Made by a program: the position numbers and the translations under genes. This document shows, one piece after another, positions 1 through 9,474 of a stretch of 64,000 nucleotides of DNA. The notes beneath the pieces were generated by a model. The model worked only from the letters and a program-made list of their open reading frames with translations. It was not told the DNA's origin and made no database searches. Position 1 is the first letter of the stretch. Each line of letters opens with the position of its first letter. This DNA is from Candidatus Zixiibacteriota bacterium (GTDB lineage: Bacteria > Zixibacteria > MSB-5A5 > UBA10806 > 4484-95), in assembly GCA_037441845.1 (NCBI GenBank), contig JBBIRK010000001.1, forward strand, positions 337,284 to 401,283. The letters run 5' to 3'.

Positions 1-878
1 CCGGTTGCCAAAAGCGCGACCAATTAGTCGGACATCCGAACGGCCGCCTGAAAGTGGTGACTACCACCGGCATGATAGCCGATATCGCTGTCAATATCGG
101 CGGCGACAGAGTCTATGTGAAAAGCCTTATGGGACCGGGGATCGATCCGCACCTTTACCGCGCCAGCCACGGCGATATCGCTCTGCTTTCGCAGGCCGAT
201 ATCATTTTCTACAACGGTTTGCACCTCGAGGGACAAATGGGCGAGGTGTTCGAGCAGATGCGCAGTAAAATCCCCACGGTGGCCGTGGCCCAGGCTATCG
301 ACACGTCGTTGCTGTTGTCATCGCTGAATTTCGCGGGCGTGCACGATCCGCATGTATGGTTTGACGTCAAGTTATGGATAAAGGCCTGCGAAAGTGTGCG
401 CGACCATCTCTGCCGATTCGATTCGAGCGGCAGCGGCTATTATATCGAAAAAAGCGATAAATATATCGCCGACCTGCTCGCTCTCGACGCTTATATCCGG
501 CAAACGGCGCAGACTTTGCCCGATTCGGCACGCGTCTTGATCACCGCCCACGATGCTTTTCAGTATTTCGGCCGGGCATACGGATTTCAGGTGATGGGTT
601 TGCAAGGGATCAGCACAGCCGCCGAGGCGGGAACGGCCGATGTCATGCGCCTTGCCGATTTTATCGCTGGCAGGAAAATCAAAGCCATCTTCATCGAATC
701 GTCGGTTCCGCGCCGCAATATCGAGGCGGTCCAGGCGGCGGTAAGGGCTCGCGGGTTCGATGTGCAAATCGGCGGCACGCTGTATTCCGACGCTCTGGGC
801 AATCCTGACACTCCAGAGGGGACATACATAGGGATGTTCAAATATAATATCGATACGATCATGAAGGCGCTGAGATAA
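1..878 (+). CDS. troA: Mn/Zn/Fe ABC transporter substrate-binding lipoprotein (TroA/MntA family), 5'-truncated by the window edge
   Basis: Frame is open from the window start (GCQKRD..., putative lipobox Cys at 6-8). Motifs: VVTTTGMIAD, GPGIDPHLY, DPHVWFD, TAHDAFQYFG, LYSDALG. Confidence 0.93.
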   Translation, partial: GCQKRDQLVGHPNGRLKVVTTTGMIADIAVNIGGDRVYVKSLMGPGIDPHLYRASHGDIALLSQADIIFYNGLHLEGQMGEVFEQMRSKIPTVAVAQAIDTSLLLSSLNFAGVHDPHVWFDVKLWIKACESVRDHLCRFDSSGSGYYIEKSDKYIADLLALDAYIRQTAQTLPDSARVLITAHDAFQYFGRAYGFQVMGLQGISTAAEAGTADVMRLADFIAGRKIKAIFIESSVPRRNIEAVQAAVRARGFDVQIGGTLYSDALGNPDTPEGTYIGMFKYNIDTIMKALR

Positions 879-888
879 ACCGAAATAA

Positions 889-1689
889 ATGGAAGATAGA
901 AAATCGAGAATGACCACTAAAAACGATCGACCGGCGATACAAGTGTTCGACCTGACTGTCAGCTACAAAGATAAGCCGGTATTATGGGATATCGATCTGG
1001 AAGTTCCCAAAGGTGTGCTGATGGCGGTCGTCGGTCCCAACGGCGCCGGCAAGACAACGCTCATAAAGGCGATAATTGATCTGGTGCCACGGGCCGCGGG
1101 AAGAGTCTTGATCGACGGCAAGACGCTGGCCGAAAATCGCCACCGGGTCAGTTATGTGCCGCAAAAAGGGACAGTTGACTGGGATTTTCCCACGAACGTG
1201 CTCGATGTCGTGGAAATGGGACGCTACGGGGCGCTCGGATGGTTCCGCCGGCCGCGCAAGGCGGACCGGGAGGCAGCCATGCGCGCTCTGGCTATGGTCG
1301 GGATGGACGATTTCGCCGGTCGGCATATCAGCCAGCTTTCGGGAGGTCAGCAGCAAAGAGTATTTCTGGCACGGGCTCTGGTCATGAACGCGGAAATCTA
1401 CATAATGGATGAGCCTTTCCAAGGTGTGGATGCCGTGACTGAAAGGGCGATTATCGAGCTTTTGCGCAAGTTGAGGTCGGATGGCAAAACGGTTTTGGCT
1501 GTTCATCATGACTTGCAGACAGCTCCCGAGTATTTCGACATGATTACTCTGCTGAATGTACGCAAAATAGCCAGCGGGCCGATTGAGACGGTTTTTACCG
1601 CGGAAAATCTGGCCAAGACCTATGGGGGAAACGTGGCGATCGTCGGTGGTTTCGCCGGCGCAATTTCCTCCATTCGAAGCAATACCTGA
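889..1689 (+). CDS. troB: Metal ABC transporter ATP-binding protein (TroB/MntB); alternative start at 910
   Basis: Walker A GPNGAGKTT, Q-loop YVPQ, signature LSGGQQQR, Walker B YIMDEP, H-loop VHHDL. Confidence 0.95.
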   Translation: MEDRKSRMTTKNDRPAIQVFDLTVSYKDKPVLWDIDLEVPKGVLMAVVGPNGAGKTTLIKAIIDLVPRAAGRVLIDGKTLAENRHRVSYVPQKGTVDWDFPTNVLDVVEMGRYGALGWFRRPRKADREAAMRALAMVGMDDFAGRHISQLSGGQQQRVFLARALVMNAEIYIMDEPFQGVDAVTERAIIELLRKLRSDGKTVLAVHHDLQTAPEYFDMITLLNVRKIASGPIETVFTAENLAKTYGGNVAIVGGFAGAISSIRSNT

Positions 1690-1748
1690 ATGGCGCTGGT
1701 CTCCCTGAAAATGTCGGCGATGATCAAGAACGACGGGCGAGGTGAAGA

Positions 1749-2378
1749 ATGATCGAGACAATCGTAATCGCAGCCAACGGAAACATGAAGGGAAGCGGCT
1801 TTCATGCAGACATTCTCAAACGGGCGGACCTGATCATTTGCGCCGACGGTGGCGCCAACGGCGTCGATGCCCTGGGTTTCGTTCCCGATATCGTCGTGGG
1901 CGATATGGATTCGATAAAAAAGGCGGTCTTGGGGAAACTTAAAAAAAACCGCAGAACCAAGATTATTGAGGATCCCGATCAGAACAAAACCGACACTGAA
2001 TTGGCGATCAGCCTGGCGGAATCATACAAGCCCAAAAAAATAATAATTCTGGGCGCGATCGGCGACAGGTTCGATCATACGCTTGCCAATATCCTTTGCC
2101 TTATGAAGATAAATCCCAAAATAGATGCCGCGATAATCAACCGCGGCAATGAAATACGATCAGCCGAAAAAAAGATCACGCTGACCGGGAAAATCGGCCA
2201 GGTGATTTCCGTTTTCGCCATGACCGAGGTAAAAGATTTGAAATACCAGGGGTTAAAATGGCCGGCACCGAAGGGCGACCTCGGCGGCGGCTGGTTCGGT
2301 GTGAGCAATAAATTGACGCGCACGAAAGGAAATATAAAGATCGGCGACGGCAAGATACTGGTTGTAAAATCTACTTGA
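1749..2378 (+). CDS. thiN: Thiamine pyrophosphokinase
   Basis: Motifs ICADGGAN, VGDMDS, DQNKTDTELAI, GAIGDRFDHTLAN, GLKWP, GVSN. RBS GAGGTG upstream. Confidence 0.93.
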   Translation: MIETIVIAANGNMKGSGFHADILKRADLIICADGGANGVDALGFVPDIVVGDMDSIKKAVLGKLKKNRRTKIIEDPDQNKTDTELAISLAESYKPKKIIILGAIGDRFDHTLANILCLMKINPKIDAAIINRGNEIRSAEKKITLTGKIGQVISVFAMTEVKDLKYQGLKWPAPKGDLGGGWFGVSNKLTRTKGNIKIGDGKILVVKST

Positions 2379-2429
2379 TACGCCGAATCGAACGCGAAAA
2401 TCCCGGGTTACGATGACAGGCAGGAAAGC

Positions 2430-3545
2430 ATGACCCTTTTTTCCGATTACACGTTCCGCATAGTCGCCCTGGGTTCTTCGCTGCTCGGGTTGATCAGCGG
2501 CCTCTTGGGGTCGTTCGCGTTCCTGCGCCGACAAAGTCTTTTGGGCGATGCCATCTCGCATGCCGCTCTTCCGGGAATAGCTCTTGCCTATTTATTCACG
2601 CGCAACAAGAGCCCTTTGGTCTTGTTGATCGGCGCTGCAATCGCAGGCTGGCTGGCCTCTATCTCGGTGACCCACATAGCCCGTCACAGCCGGGTCAAAT
2701 ACGACGCCGCCCTCGGCTTGATTCTCTCGGTGTTTTTCGGAATCGGTCTGATGATTCTCACTTTTCTGCAGAAACAACCGGACTCCGGCCAAGCCGGCCT
2801 CGATCGATTTCTTTTCGGCCAGGCATCGGCGATGTCGGCGGCCGATGTGATGACTATCAGCGTTATAGGCGGGGTGTCGCTTATCGTGCTTTTCTTTTTC
2901 TGGAAAGAAATCAAGGTCTTCATATTCGACGAGGGGTTTTCAGGCGTAATCGGTTTTTCTCCAAAGAAAATCGACTCAATTCTTACTTTTCTGATCGTCA
3001 TAGCCGTCGCTATCGGCCTGCAAATCGCCGGTGTGGTTTTGATGAGCGCAATGCTGGTGGGGCCGGCGGCCGCGGCAAGACAATGGACAAACAGTTTGAA
3101 ATCGATGGTTTTGCTTGCCGGATTATTGGGAATGCTGTCGGGTTTCGTCGGAGCAACCGCCAGCAGCCTGATGCCGAGGCTTCCGACCGGACCGGCGATT
3201 GTCGTTTGCTTGAGCATCATGGTTGCTTTTTCACTACTTTTCGCCGCCGACCGGGGACTGGTCTGGAACATGTTCAGGAAATGGCGCAATCGTGAATCGC
3301 TTCGCCGGGAAACGATACTAATCGATCTTCTTGAAATGGCCGGAAGTCATGACTCTATCGAGCACAGCCACTCGATAGCCGCCCTCAAATTGATGTATCC
3401 GGATATCAGAGGATTGCGGGGGATATTGGCGAAACTCGAAAAAGAGGGTTATGTCCTTAAAAAGGGTTCGTCGGAATGGGCGCTTACTCCCAGCGGGTCC
3501 CGAAAAGCGGCGGCTTTCGCCGAAAGACTCGAGGCGAAATCATGA
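2430..3545 (+). CDS. troC: Metal ABC transporter permease (TroC/MntC) with a C-terminal winged-helix-like extension
   Basis: ABC-3 motif SLLGDAISHAALPG and multiple TM helices. Soluble tail ...LEKEGYV...WALTPSGSRKA. Confidence 0.9.
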   Translation: MTLFSDYTFRIVALGSSLLGLISGLLGSFAFLRRQSLLGDAISHAALPGIALAYLFTRNKSPLVLLIGAAIAGWLASISVTHIARHSRVKYDAALGLILSVFFGIGLMILTFLQKQPDSGQAGLDRFLFGQASAMSAADVMTISVIGGVSLIVLFFFWKEIKVFIFDEGFSGVIGFSPKKIDSILTFLIVIAVAIGLQIAGVVLMSAMLVGPAAAARQWTNSLKSMVLLAGLLGMLSGFVGATASSLMPRLPTGPAIVVCLSIMVAFSLLFAADRGLVWNMFRKWRNRESLRRETILIDLLEMAGSHDSIEHSHSIAALKLMYPDIRGLRGILAKLEKEGYVLKKGSSEWALTPSGSRKAAAFAERLEAKS

Positions 3546-4657
3546 TGCAGGCGCAGTTGGAAGTTGTCCTGGTGGCGGTGGTGACCTCGATAGCTTGCGC
3601 GATAGCCGGCGTATTTTTGGTGCTGCGTCGGATGGCCCTGATGAGCGACGCCATAAGCCACGCCATCCTGCTCGGCATCGTAATCGGCTTTTTTATCGGC
3701 GGCGATCTCGGCTCGCCGCTGTTGATTGTAGGAGCAGCCTTGATCGGCGTGGTCACGGTCGGCTTAACAGAAACGATCAACCGGACCGGGCTGGTCAAAG
3801 AGGATGCCGCAATCGGGCTGGTTTTCCCGCTGCTATTCTCGATAGGGGTGATTTTGATTTCCCGCATCGGCAGCGATGTTCATCTTGACACCGATGCCGT
3901 GCTTCTGGGTGAAATCGCGTTTGCACCTTTCCGCAGGTTGCAATTAGCCGGACTCGATTTGGGGCCAAAATCGCTTGCGATCATGTCCGCGATTTTATTG
4001 CTGAATGCAGTTTTCATAATGGCTTTTTTTAAAGAACTCAAACTTTCCACGTTCGACCCATCGCTGGCGGCGACTTTGGGATTCGCACCATGGCTGATTC
4101 AATTCCCGCTCATGGGAATCGTTTCGATCACCGCGGTGGGCGCTTTCGATGCAGTCGGCTCGATTTTGGTAGTGGCGTTGATGATCGCCCCCGCGGCCGG
4201 CGCGTACTTGTTGACCGACCGGCTGAGCACGATGATATGGATCGCCGCTGCAATCGCCGCTTTGTCCGCAATCGGCGGATATTGGATGGCGGACCTGTTG
4301 GATGTTTCGATCGCCGGATCTATGGCGGCCGCATGCGGGGTCATATTCGCCTTAATTTACCTGTTCGCTCCAAATCGAGGTTTGTTTTCGGCAATCCGCA
4401 GAAGAGCCCGCCAAAGGCTCGAGTATGCGGTCAGGATGCTGCTTATACATCTGAAGAATCACGAGAATCAGCCGGAATCGGATTACGAACGCAGCTTGAT
4501 GCATCTGGAGAATCATTTTCGCTGGGAGCCCGGATTCGCGCGGAGAGTCGTGGGGCAGGCTGTCGATTTCGGATTTATCACGGCCGAAGCTGACGACCTA
4601 TCGCTCACACCAAGCGGCCGCAAGGCTGTCGAGGAACTAAACTTTCAGCTAAAATAG
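3542..4657 (+). CDS. troD: Metal ABC transporter permease (TroD/MntD) with a C-terminal winged-helix-like extension
   Basis: LMSDAISHAILLG, HLDTDAVLLGE. ATGA overlap with the troC stop places the start at 3542. Tail ...GFI...LSLTPSGRKA. Confidence 0.9.
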   Translation: MMQAQLEVVLVAVVTSIACAIAGVFLVLRRMALMSDAISHAILLGIVIGFFIGGDLGSPLLIVGAALIGVVTVGLTETINRTGLVKEDAAIGLVFPLLFSIGVILISRIGSDVHLDTDAVLLGEIAFAPFRRLQLAGLDLGPKSLAIMSAILLLNAVFIMAFFKELKLSTFDPSLAATLGFAPWLIQFPLMGIVSITAVGAFDAVGSILVVALMIAPAAGAYLLTDRLSTMIWIAAAIAALSAIGGYWMADLLDVSIAGSMAAACGVIFALIYLFAPNRGLFSAIRRRARQRLEYAVRMLLIHLKNHENQPESDYERSLMHLENHFRWEPGFARRVVGQAVDFGFITAEADDLSLTPSGRKAVEELNFQLK

Positions 4658-4664
4658 AATGCCG

Positions 4665-4693
4665 TTGACCGGTCAATACGATCCCTTTATCTT
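4665..4693 (+). promoter_or_regulatory. sigma70-type promoter, leaderless geometry (rarA)
   Basis: TTGACC-N17-TATCTT-N6-ATG(4700); no Shine-Dalgarno. Confidence 0.7.
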
Positions 4694-4699
4694 GCCTCC

Positions 4700-6031
4700 A
4701 TGGAAATCAAGCCCAAAAGCGGTGATATATATATCCCCCTTGCCGACCGCATGCGTCCGCGCACGCTCGAGGAGTTCGTCGGCCAGGAACATCTTATCGC
4801 CCCCGGCAAACCACTTTTCGAATCAATAAAAAGCGATCGGGTGGGATCGCTTATTTTCTGGGGTCCGCCGGGTTCCGGTAAAACCACCCTGGCGCGCCTG
4901 ATCGCCGCGCATTCGAAAGCCGTTTTCGCCCCTTTTTCGGCGGTCACCGCAGGTATCAAGGAAATCAAGACTTTCATCGAACAGTCGCGCAAACGGCTTG
5001 AATTCGAGGGTCGCAAAACAATCCTGTTCATCGACGAAATCCATCGTTTCAACAAAGCCCAACAGGATGCTTTTCTGCCTCATGTCGAAAACGGGACGAT
5101 TATCCTGATCGGCGCCACCACGGAAAATCCATCGTTCGAGGTGATTTCGGCGCTGTTGTCGCGCTGCCGGGTTTACACTCTCCGACCGCTCGAACCTGAC
5201 CATATAAAGACGATCGTCCGGCGGGCTCTCGAAGATGCCGAACGGGGACTGGGCAAGCAGGGTTTGATTCTGGACCCCGCGGCGCTCGATTATCTGGCGA
5301 TGATCGCCGCCGGCGATGCGCGGGTGGCGTTGAACACTATCGAGTTCGCATCAAGGACGCTGGAAAAAACAGCCATGGCAAAACGCGAGCTGACTACTGA
5401 GCTGATCAACGAAATAGTGCAGAAAAAGGCGCTCCGCTATGACAAAGCCGGCGAGGAACATTTCAATCTCATTTCCGCTTTGCACAAATCGCTTCGGGCA
5501 TCCGACGCCGACGCCGCGCTTTACTGGCTGTTCAGGATGCTGGAGGCGGGCGAGGATCCGCTATATATCGCCCGACGGATGGTGCGTTTCGCTTCCGAGG
5601 ATGTGGGCTTGGCCGACCCTCGGGCTTTGACCCTGGCTCTTGCCGCCAAAGACGCATATCATTTTTTGGGCAGCCCCGAGGGCGAGTTGGCGCTGGCTCA
5701 AGCGGCGATCTATCTGGCTCTCGCCCCCAAGTCAAATGCGGTTTACTTAGCGGAAAAGGCCGCCCGCCAGGCTATCGCGCGGAAACCGGCGGCCGAGGTT
5801 CCGTTGGTCATTCGCAACGCACCGACGGATTTAATGAAATCACTGGGTTACGGGGCAGGCTACAAATATGCTCACGATTTCGAAGACGCTTTTGCCTATA
5901 TCGAATGCCTGCCGGATGAATTGGCGGGAAGCCGCTTTTACCATCCGACCGACCGCGGACTCGAGGCCAAACTCAAAGAAAAGCTCGATTGGTGGCTGGA
6001 AAAGATGCGCAAAGCACGCGAGAATAAATAA
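4700..6031 (+). CDS. rarA: Replication-associated recombination protein A (AAA+ ATPase, MgsA/RarA)
   Basis: [64 protein letters not shown]. Confidence 0.96.
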   Translation: MEIKPKSGDIYIPLADRMRPRTLEEFVGQEHLIAPGKPLFESIKSDRVGSLIFWGPPGSGKTTLARLIAAHSKAVFAPFSAVTAGIKEIKTFIEQSRKRLEFEGRKTILFIDEIHRFNKAQQDAFLPHVENGTIILIGATTENPSFEVISALLSRCRVYTLRPLEPDHIKTIVRRALEDAERGLGKQGLILDPAALDYLAMIAAGDARVALNTIEFASRTLEKTAMAKRELTTELINEIVQKKALRYDKAGEEHFNLISALHKSLRASDADAALYWLFRMLEAGEDPLYIARRMVRFASEDVGLADPRALTLALAAKDAYHFLGSPEGELALAQAAIYLALAPKSNAVYLAEKAARQAIARKPAAEVPLVIRNAPTDLMKSLGYGAGYKYAHDFEDAFAYIECLPDELAGSRFYHPTDRGLEAKLKEKLDWWLEKMRKARENK

Positions 6032-6034
6032 ATT

Positions 6035-6499
6035 ATGAGGAGGCCTAAATTGAAAACGGTCGGCGGGCCCGGATTCCGATGGCGATTGATCGTCTCGCTA
6101 TCTCTTCTTTCTTCAGGGATTTTGTTGGCTTATGCGGCCTTGTTTCTACCTTGGTTCCGCGGCCGCCTGGCGATAGTCGGCAAGACCGTCAATGCGCTGG
6201 CATTTCCGGAACTGATGGCGATAGTGGTAGTGGGGGGTGCGCTTTCGCTCGGCTCTTTCGTGATTTTCATGATAAGAAAAAAGGAACAGCTTGCGCGTTT
6301 TGTAACTTTTGTGTTACTGCTGGCGACAATGATCGGCGCGCTGTTGGTGCTGCGTTCGTACGCAAATCGAGGATCGTTCCCCGGGGTTGGCGTGCAAACT
6401 AAAGCCGGAGTGGTCTTGACTTTTGCGGGTTTGCTGATGGCTCTTGCCGGCGCCCTGGCTGTCGATCACAAAACACCATCGGGAGATGACGGGGAATGA
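6035..6499 (+). CDS. Hypothetical membrane protein (about 4 TM helices)
   Basis: Starts 3 nt after rarA; four hydrophobic segments. Confidence 0.7.
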   Translation: MRRPKLKTVGGPGFRWRLIVSLSLLSSGILLAYAALFLPWFRGRLAIVGKTVNALAFPELMAIVVVGGALSLGSFVIFMIRKKEQLARFVTFVLLLATMIGALLVLRSYANRGSFPGVGVQTKAGVVLTFAGLLMALAGALAVDHKTPSGDDGE

Positions 6500-6516
6500 G
6501 ATTCAGTTGGTCGTTT

Positions 6517-6540
6517 GTCATTCCCGCGCAAGCGGGAATC
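6517..6540. repeat. REP-like palindrome (ATTCCC-N8-GGGAAT core)
   Basis: GTCATTCCCGCGCAAGCGGGAATC between convergent genes. Confidence 0.65.
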
Positions 6541-6631
6541 TCCCTCGCTAAAGTCAAACCATCTTCACCCGCAAACTGACAATCGACTCTGCCCGCGCAG
6601 GCGCTTATCGATACGAACGAATGTGGGGAAC

Positions 6632-7426
6632 CTATTCCTTCCCCCAGTCTATAGGCCCGCTCTCGAACCTTTTTTTAAGGCTCAACAATACATAGTTCCA
6701 AGCCCGATCGAAATAAGCGTAAAGCTCATCCCATTCGGGGCCATCGCCCCAACCGTATTCGGAAAAAATCACCTTCGTCTTTCCCTCGGCGATCCTTTCG
6801 AAACGCAAGACGACTTGCGTGTGAATATCGCGTAATCCGCCGAACTCCGGCGGCGCGTTCCAATCGAAAGCGAACAGCTCGTATGGCGCGACCAACAACA
6901 CTCTGCATCCCTCGGAACCCTGCTTGCCGATCGGCTCCTCGGGATTGAATAATATCTCGTATGCGCCTCCCGGAAACGGCTCGACTTTTGCCGTATGAGA
7001 AAAAAACGTCTTCACGCCGTCAGTGGTCGTCCAGGCTTTCCAGACATCGGATAAGGAACCGTTGACAATGACCTCCTTGCGCAGGACCCTTCCGGCGGGG
7101 TTTTGCTCGTATCGCGAACGATCCGGCAAGTCGGCGAAAACGGAAAGGGTCATCGGTTGAATGCGGAAAGCATTCAAGCCGCTTTTGACGCTCGGATCGT
7201 TTTGCAGCAACGATTCCGCCTCCGCCCGTGAATGCGCCCTGATAATTATCAGCCCGAACAAAGGATCGAAACAGGGACCGGCGGCCAAAACCTTATTTTG
7301 CGAAGCCAATCCTTTCAGATACCGAAAATGCTGGCCCATGATCAGCTGTTCTTCGGGAGACATGCTTTTGTCGAAATCAGGACGCGACGGCAACAGCTGG
7401 GCGAAAAAATGACTATCCGGCGACAT
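6632..7426 (-). CDS. YciI-like domain fused to an SRPBCC/AHSA1 (START-like) domain; alternative start at 7489 would add a signal-peptide-like segment
   Basis: YciI-like HFRYL...LAAGP...GLIII...NDPSV followed by SRPBCC-like VWKAWTT...GGAYEI...FDWNAPP...AWNYVL. AAGGAGGT precedes the ATG at 7426. Confidence 0.8.
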   Translation of the reverse strand: MSPDSHFFAQLLPSRPDFDKSMSPEEQLIMGQHFRYLKGLASQNKVLAAGPCFDPLFGLIIIRAHSRAEAESLLQNDPSVKSGLNAFRIQPMTLSVFADLPDRSRYEQNPAGRVLRKEVIVNGSLSDVWKAWTTTDGVKTFFSHTAKVEPFPGGAYEILFNPEEPIGKQGSEGCRVLLVAPYELFAFDWNAPPEFGGLRDIHTQVVLRFERIAEGKTKVIFSEYGWGDGPEWDELYAYFDRAWNYVLLSLKKRFESGPIDWGKE

Positions 7427-7662
7427 GCCGACCTCCTTGCCGCCCGCCGTTTCGAATCCGAAACAGGCCGCAAAAAGCAAGCTTACCATAATAATTTTGA
7501 AAGTCGAATCGAAAAGGGTTGGAATTGAACGCCCCTTTACAATTGCTCCCTTTTCCAAGCCGATTGAATAAAACAAACGCGTCCTCGCTTGGGCGTCCGA
7601 TTCAGAATAAGATAAGGGGCATGCAAGGCCGCACATTCAATTCATGACGGCGCAAAAGCGAT

Positions 7663-7735
<73 letters not shown>

Positions 7736-7748
7736 GGCAATTTTCAAA

Positions 7749-7820
7749 TGAGGGTGGATGGGATCGAACCATCGGCCACCTGCTTAAAAGGCAGATGCTC
7801 TACCACTGAGCTACACCCCC
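7749..7820 (-). tRNA. tRNA-Lys(TTT)
   Basis: Reverse complement GGGGGTGTAGCTCAGTGGTAGAGCATCTGCCTTTTAAGCAGGTGGCCGATGGTTCGATCCCATCCACCCTCA folds as a cloverleaf; CCA not encoded. Confidence 0.97.
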
Positions 7821-7836
7821 AAAAACCCAAAACTGT

Positions 7837-7864
7837 ATAATATTTCATTAGTTCGCCCTGTCAA
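7837..7864 (-). promoter_or_regulatory. sigma70 promoter for the tRNA-Lys pair
   Basis: TTGACA-N16-TATTAT on the minus strand, 16 nt upstream of the first tRNA. Confidence 0.75.
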
Positions 7865-8109
7865 GATATTTCTCCCGATGCCCGAATGCCTCTTTATCGG
7901 TAATACTTGGAATACTTGTCGGGCGACACATCAACCGGATCGATTACCTACAATGGTTGGAACGCGCTCGGACATCTTGCGGTTGTTGTAAATTTAATCG
8001 GCGTATCGCCGAACAATTCTGATAAAGGATTGTATAAGTATATTATGATTCTATTACGAATAATGTTTATACCGGCGCTCAAAGGACTTTTTTCCGAACC
8101 ATCGGTAAT

Positions 8110-9462
8110 TTGAAATCTTCGTCGATGCGACCGCCCGTGAACTTATTGTTTTTGCCCTGGACAAAACTTGGCCTGGCGGTTCTGATCGGTCTTTGCCAGG
8201 CCGATTTCGTTGCAGCCCAATCCGAACGTTTTCCTGCTGAGAGCGATCACCAATCGACGCGAAATGTCCTGCGTTTCGCTGAAATATGTTCGCTTGTGAC
8301 CGCCAACAACGAGAACCTCAAGGCCGCTCGCTATTTTCAAATTTCAGCGCAAAAAGCGGTCGGCCCGGCCGGCGCCTGGAACGATCCTATGCTGATGGCC
8401 GGAGTGCAAAACCTTCCAACCTCGCTGGATTTCGGCGCCGATATGATGACCATGACCATGATAGGCCTTTCGATCGACCTGCCTTATTCCGGTTACAAGG
8501 GACTGCAACGCAAAGCCGCAAGCGTTGATGTAGAGCTGGCCCGAAACAATATAGTCATGACCGAAAACCAACTTCACGCGGCCGTGCTAACCGCCTATGC
8601 CGAAGCTTATATGCGACAGGTCGAGCTGAAATATCTTCGGGAGCAAAAAAACATCGCCGACAAAGCTCGGCAATCGGTGAAGGCGGACTATGTCACCGGA
8701 GGCGCCGGTGCCGCCGATCTGGCCGCAGCCGAAGCGGAAATCGGACGACTCGATTCGGACATCTTATCCGCCGAACAGGAGCACTTCGAGGCGGTCGCCG
8801 AATTATATGCTCTGGCCGGACAAACACCGCCGAACCCTCTGCCCGAAATCCAGCAAACTGAATTCGACTTCAAGCTGCAGCCGCTTGAAATTTTGCTGGA
8901 CGACGCTCAAAACTATCCGGCCTACGCGAAGCTGAAAATGGAATCCGAAAAATACGGATTGCTGGCCCGTTCGGCTCGGAGAATGCGTTGGCCCATGGCA
9001 TCCATCTCCGGGTATTACGGAATCCGCCAGGGGAACGATATGGAAAACCCAATCGACATGATCGGCTTTCAGATTTCCCTTTCATTGCCCGTTTTCTCCG
9101 GTCGTCAGCAGGGCTCGACAGCCGCCGCCAACGAGGCTTTGCGAATGTCGAGCCGATCCCAGGCTAATCAGTTATGGCAAGAGACAAGAAATCGGCTGGA
9201 GACATTAACTAAAAGGATACGACGATTGAGTGAGGCCAAAGATGGTTATGAAAACCGCATAATCCCGGCCGATTCGTTGGCGTTGAGCGCCGCCATGGAC
9301 GGTTTTGTCAACCGATCGATCTCGTTTGTCGAGCTGACTTCTTATTTGCGCAACATCTATCAGGACTTAAGAACGCTGGCGCGGTTCGACTATGAGATCG
9401 CCCGCGCTTACGCCGAACTCGGCATCTATACGGGAGCCGGATACCAAAACAACAATGAATGA
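8110..9462 (+). CDS. TolC-family outer-membrane efflux channel (CusC/CzcC-like); start uncertain (8110/8125/8137)
   Basis: Signal-peptide-like N-terminus, helical OEP-type repeats, Met-rich MMTMTM segment; first gene of an RND operon. Confidence 0.85.
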   Translation: MKSSSMRPPVNLLFLPWTKLGLAVLIGLCQADFVAAQSERFPAESDHQSTRNVLRFAEICSLVTANNENLKAARYFQISAQKAVGPAGAWNDPMLMAGVQNLPTSLDFGADMMTMTMIGLSIDLPYSGYKGLQRKAASVDVELARNNIVMTENQLHAAVLTAYAEAYMRQVELKYLREQKNIADKARQSVKADYVTGGAGAADLAAAEAEIGRLDSDILSAEQEHFEAVAELYALAGQTPPNPLPEIQQTEFDFKLQPLEILLDDAQNYPAYAKLKMESEKYGLLARSARRMRWPMASISGYYGIRQGNDMENPIDMIGFQISLSLPVFSGRQQGSTAAANEALRMSSRSQANQLWQETRNRLETLTKRIRRLSEAKDGYENRIIPADSLALSAAMDGFVNRSISFVELTSYLRNIYQDLRTLARFDYEIARAYAELGIYTGAGYQNNNE

Positions 9463-9474
9463 GGAAGGCGATTT

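Noticed and set aside
1690..1748. TPP riboswitch before thiN
   Set aside because: The spacer is only 59 nt and lacks the CTGAGA and downstream TPP-aptamer motifs.
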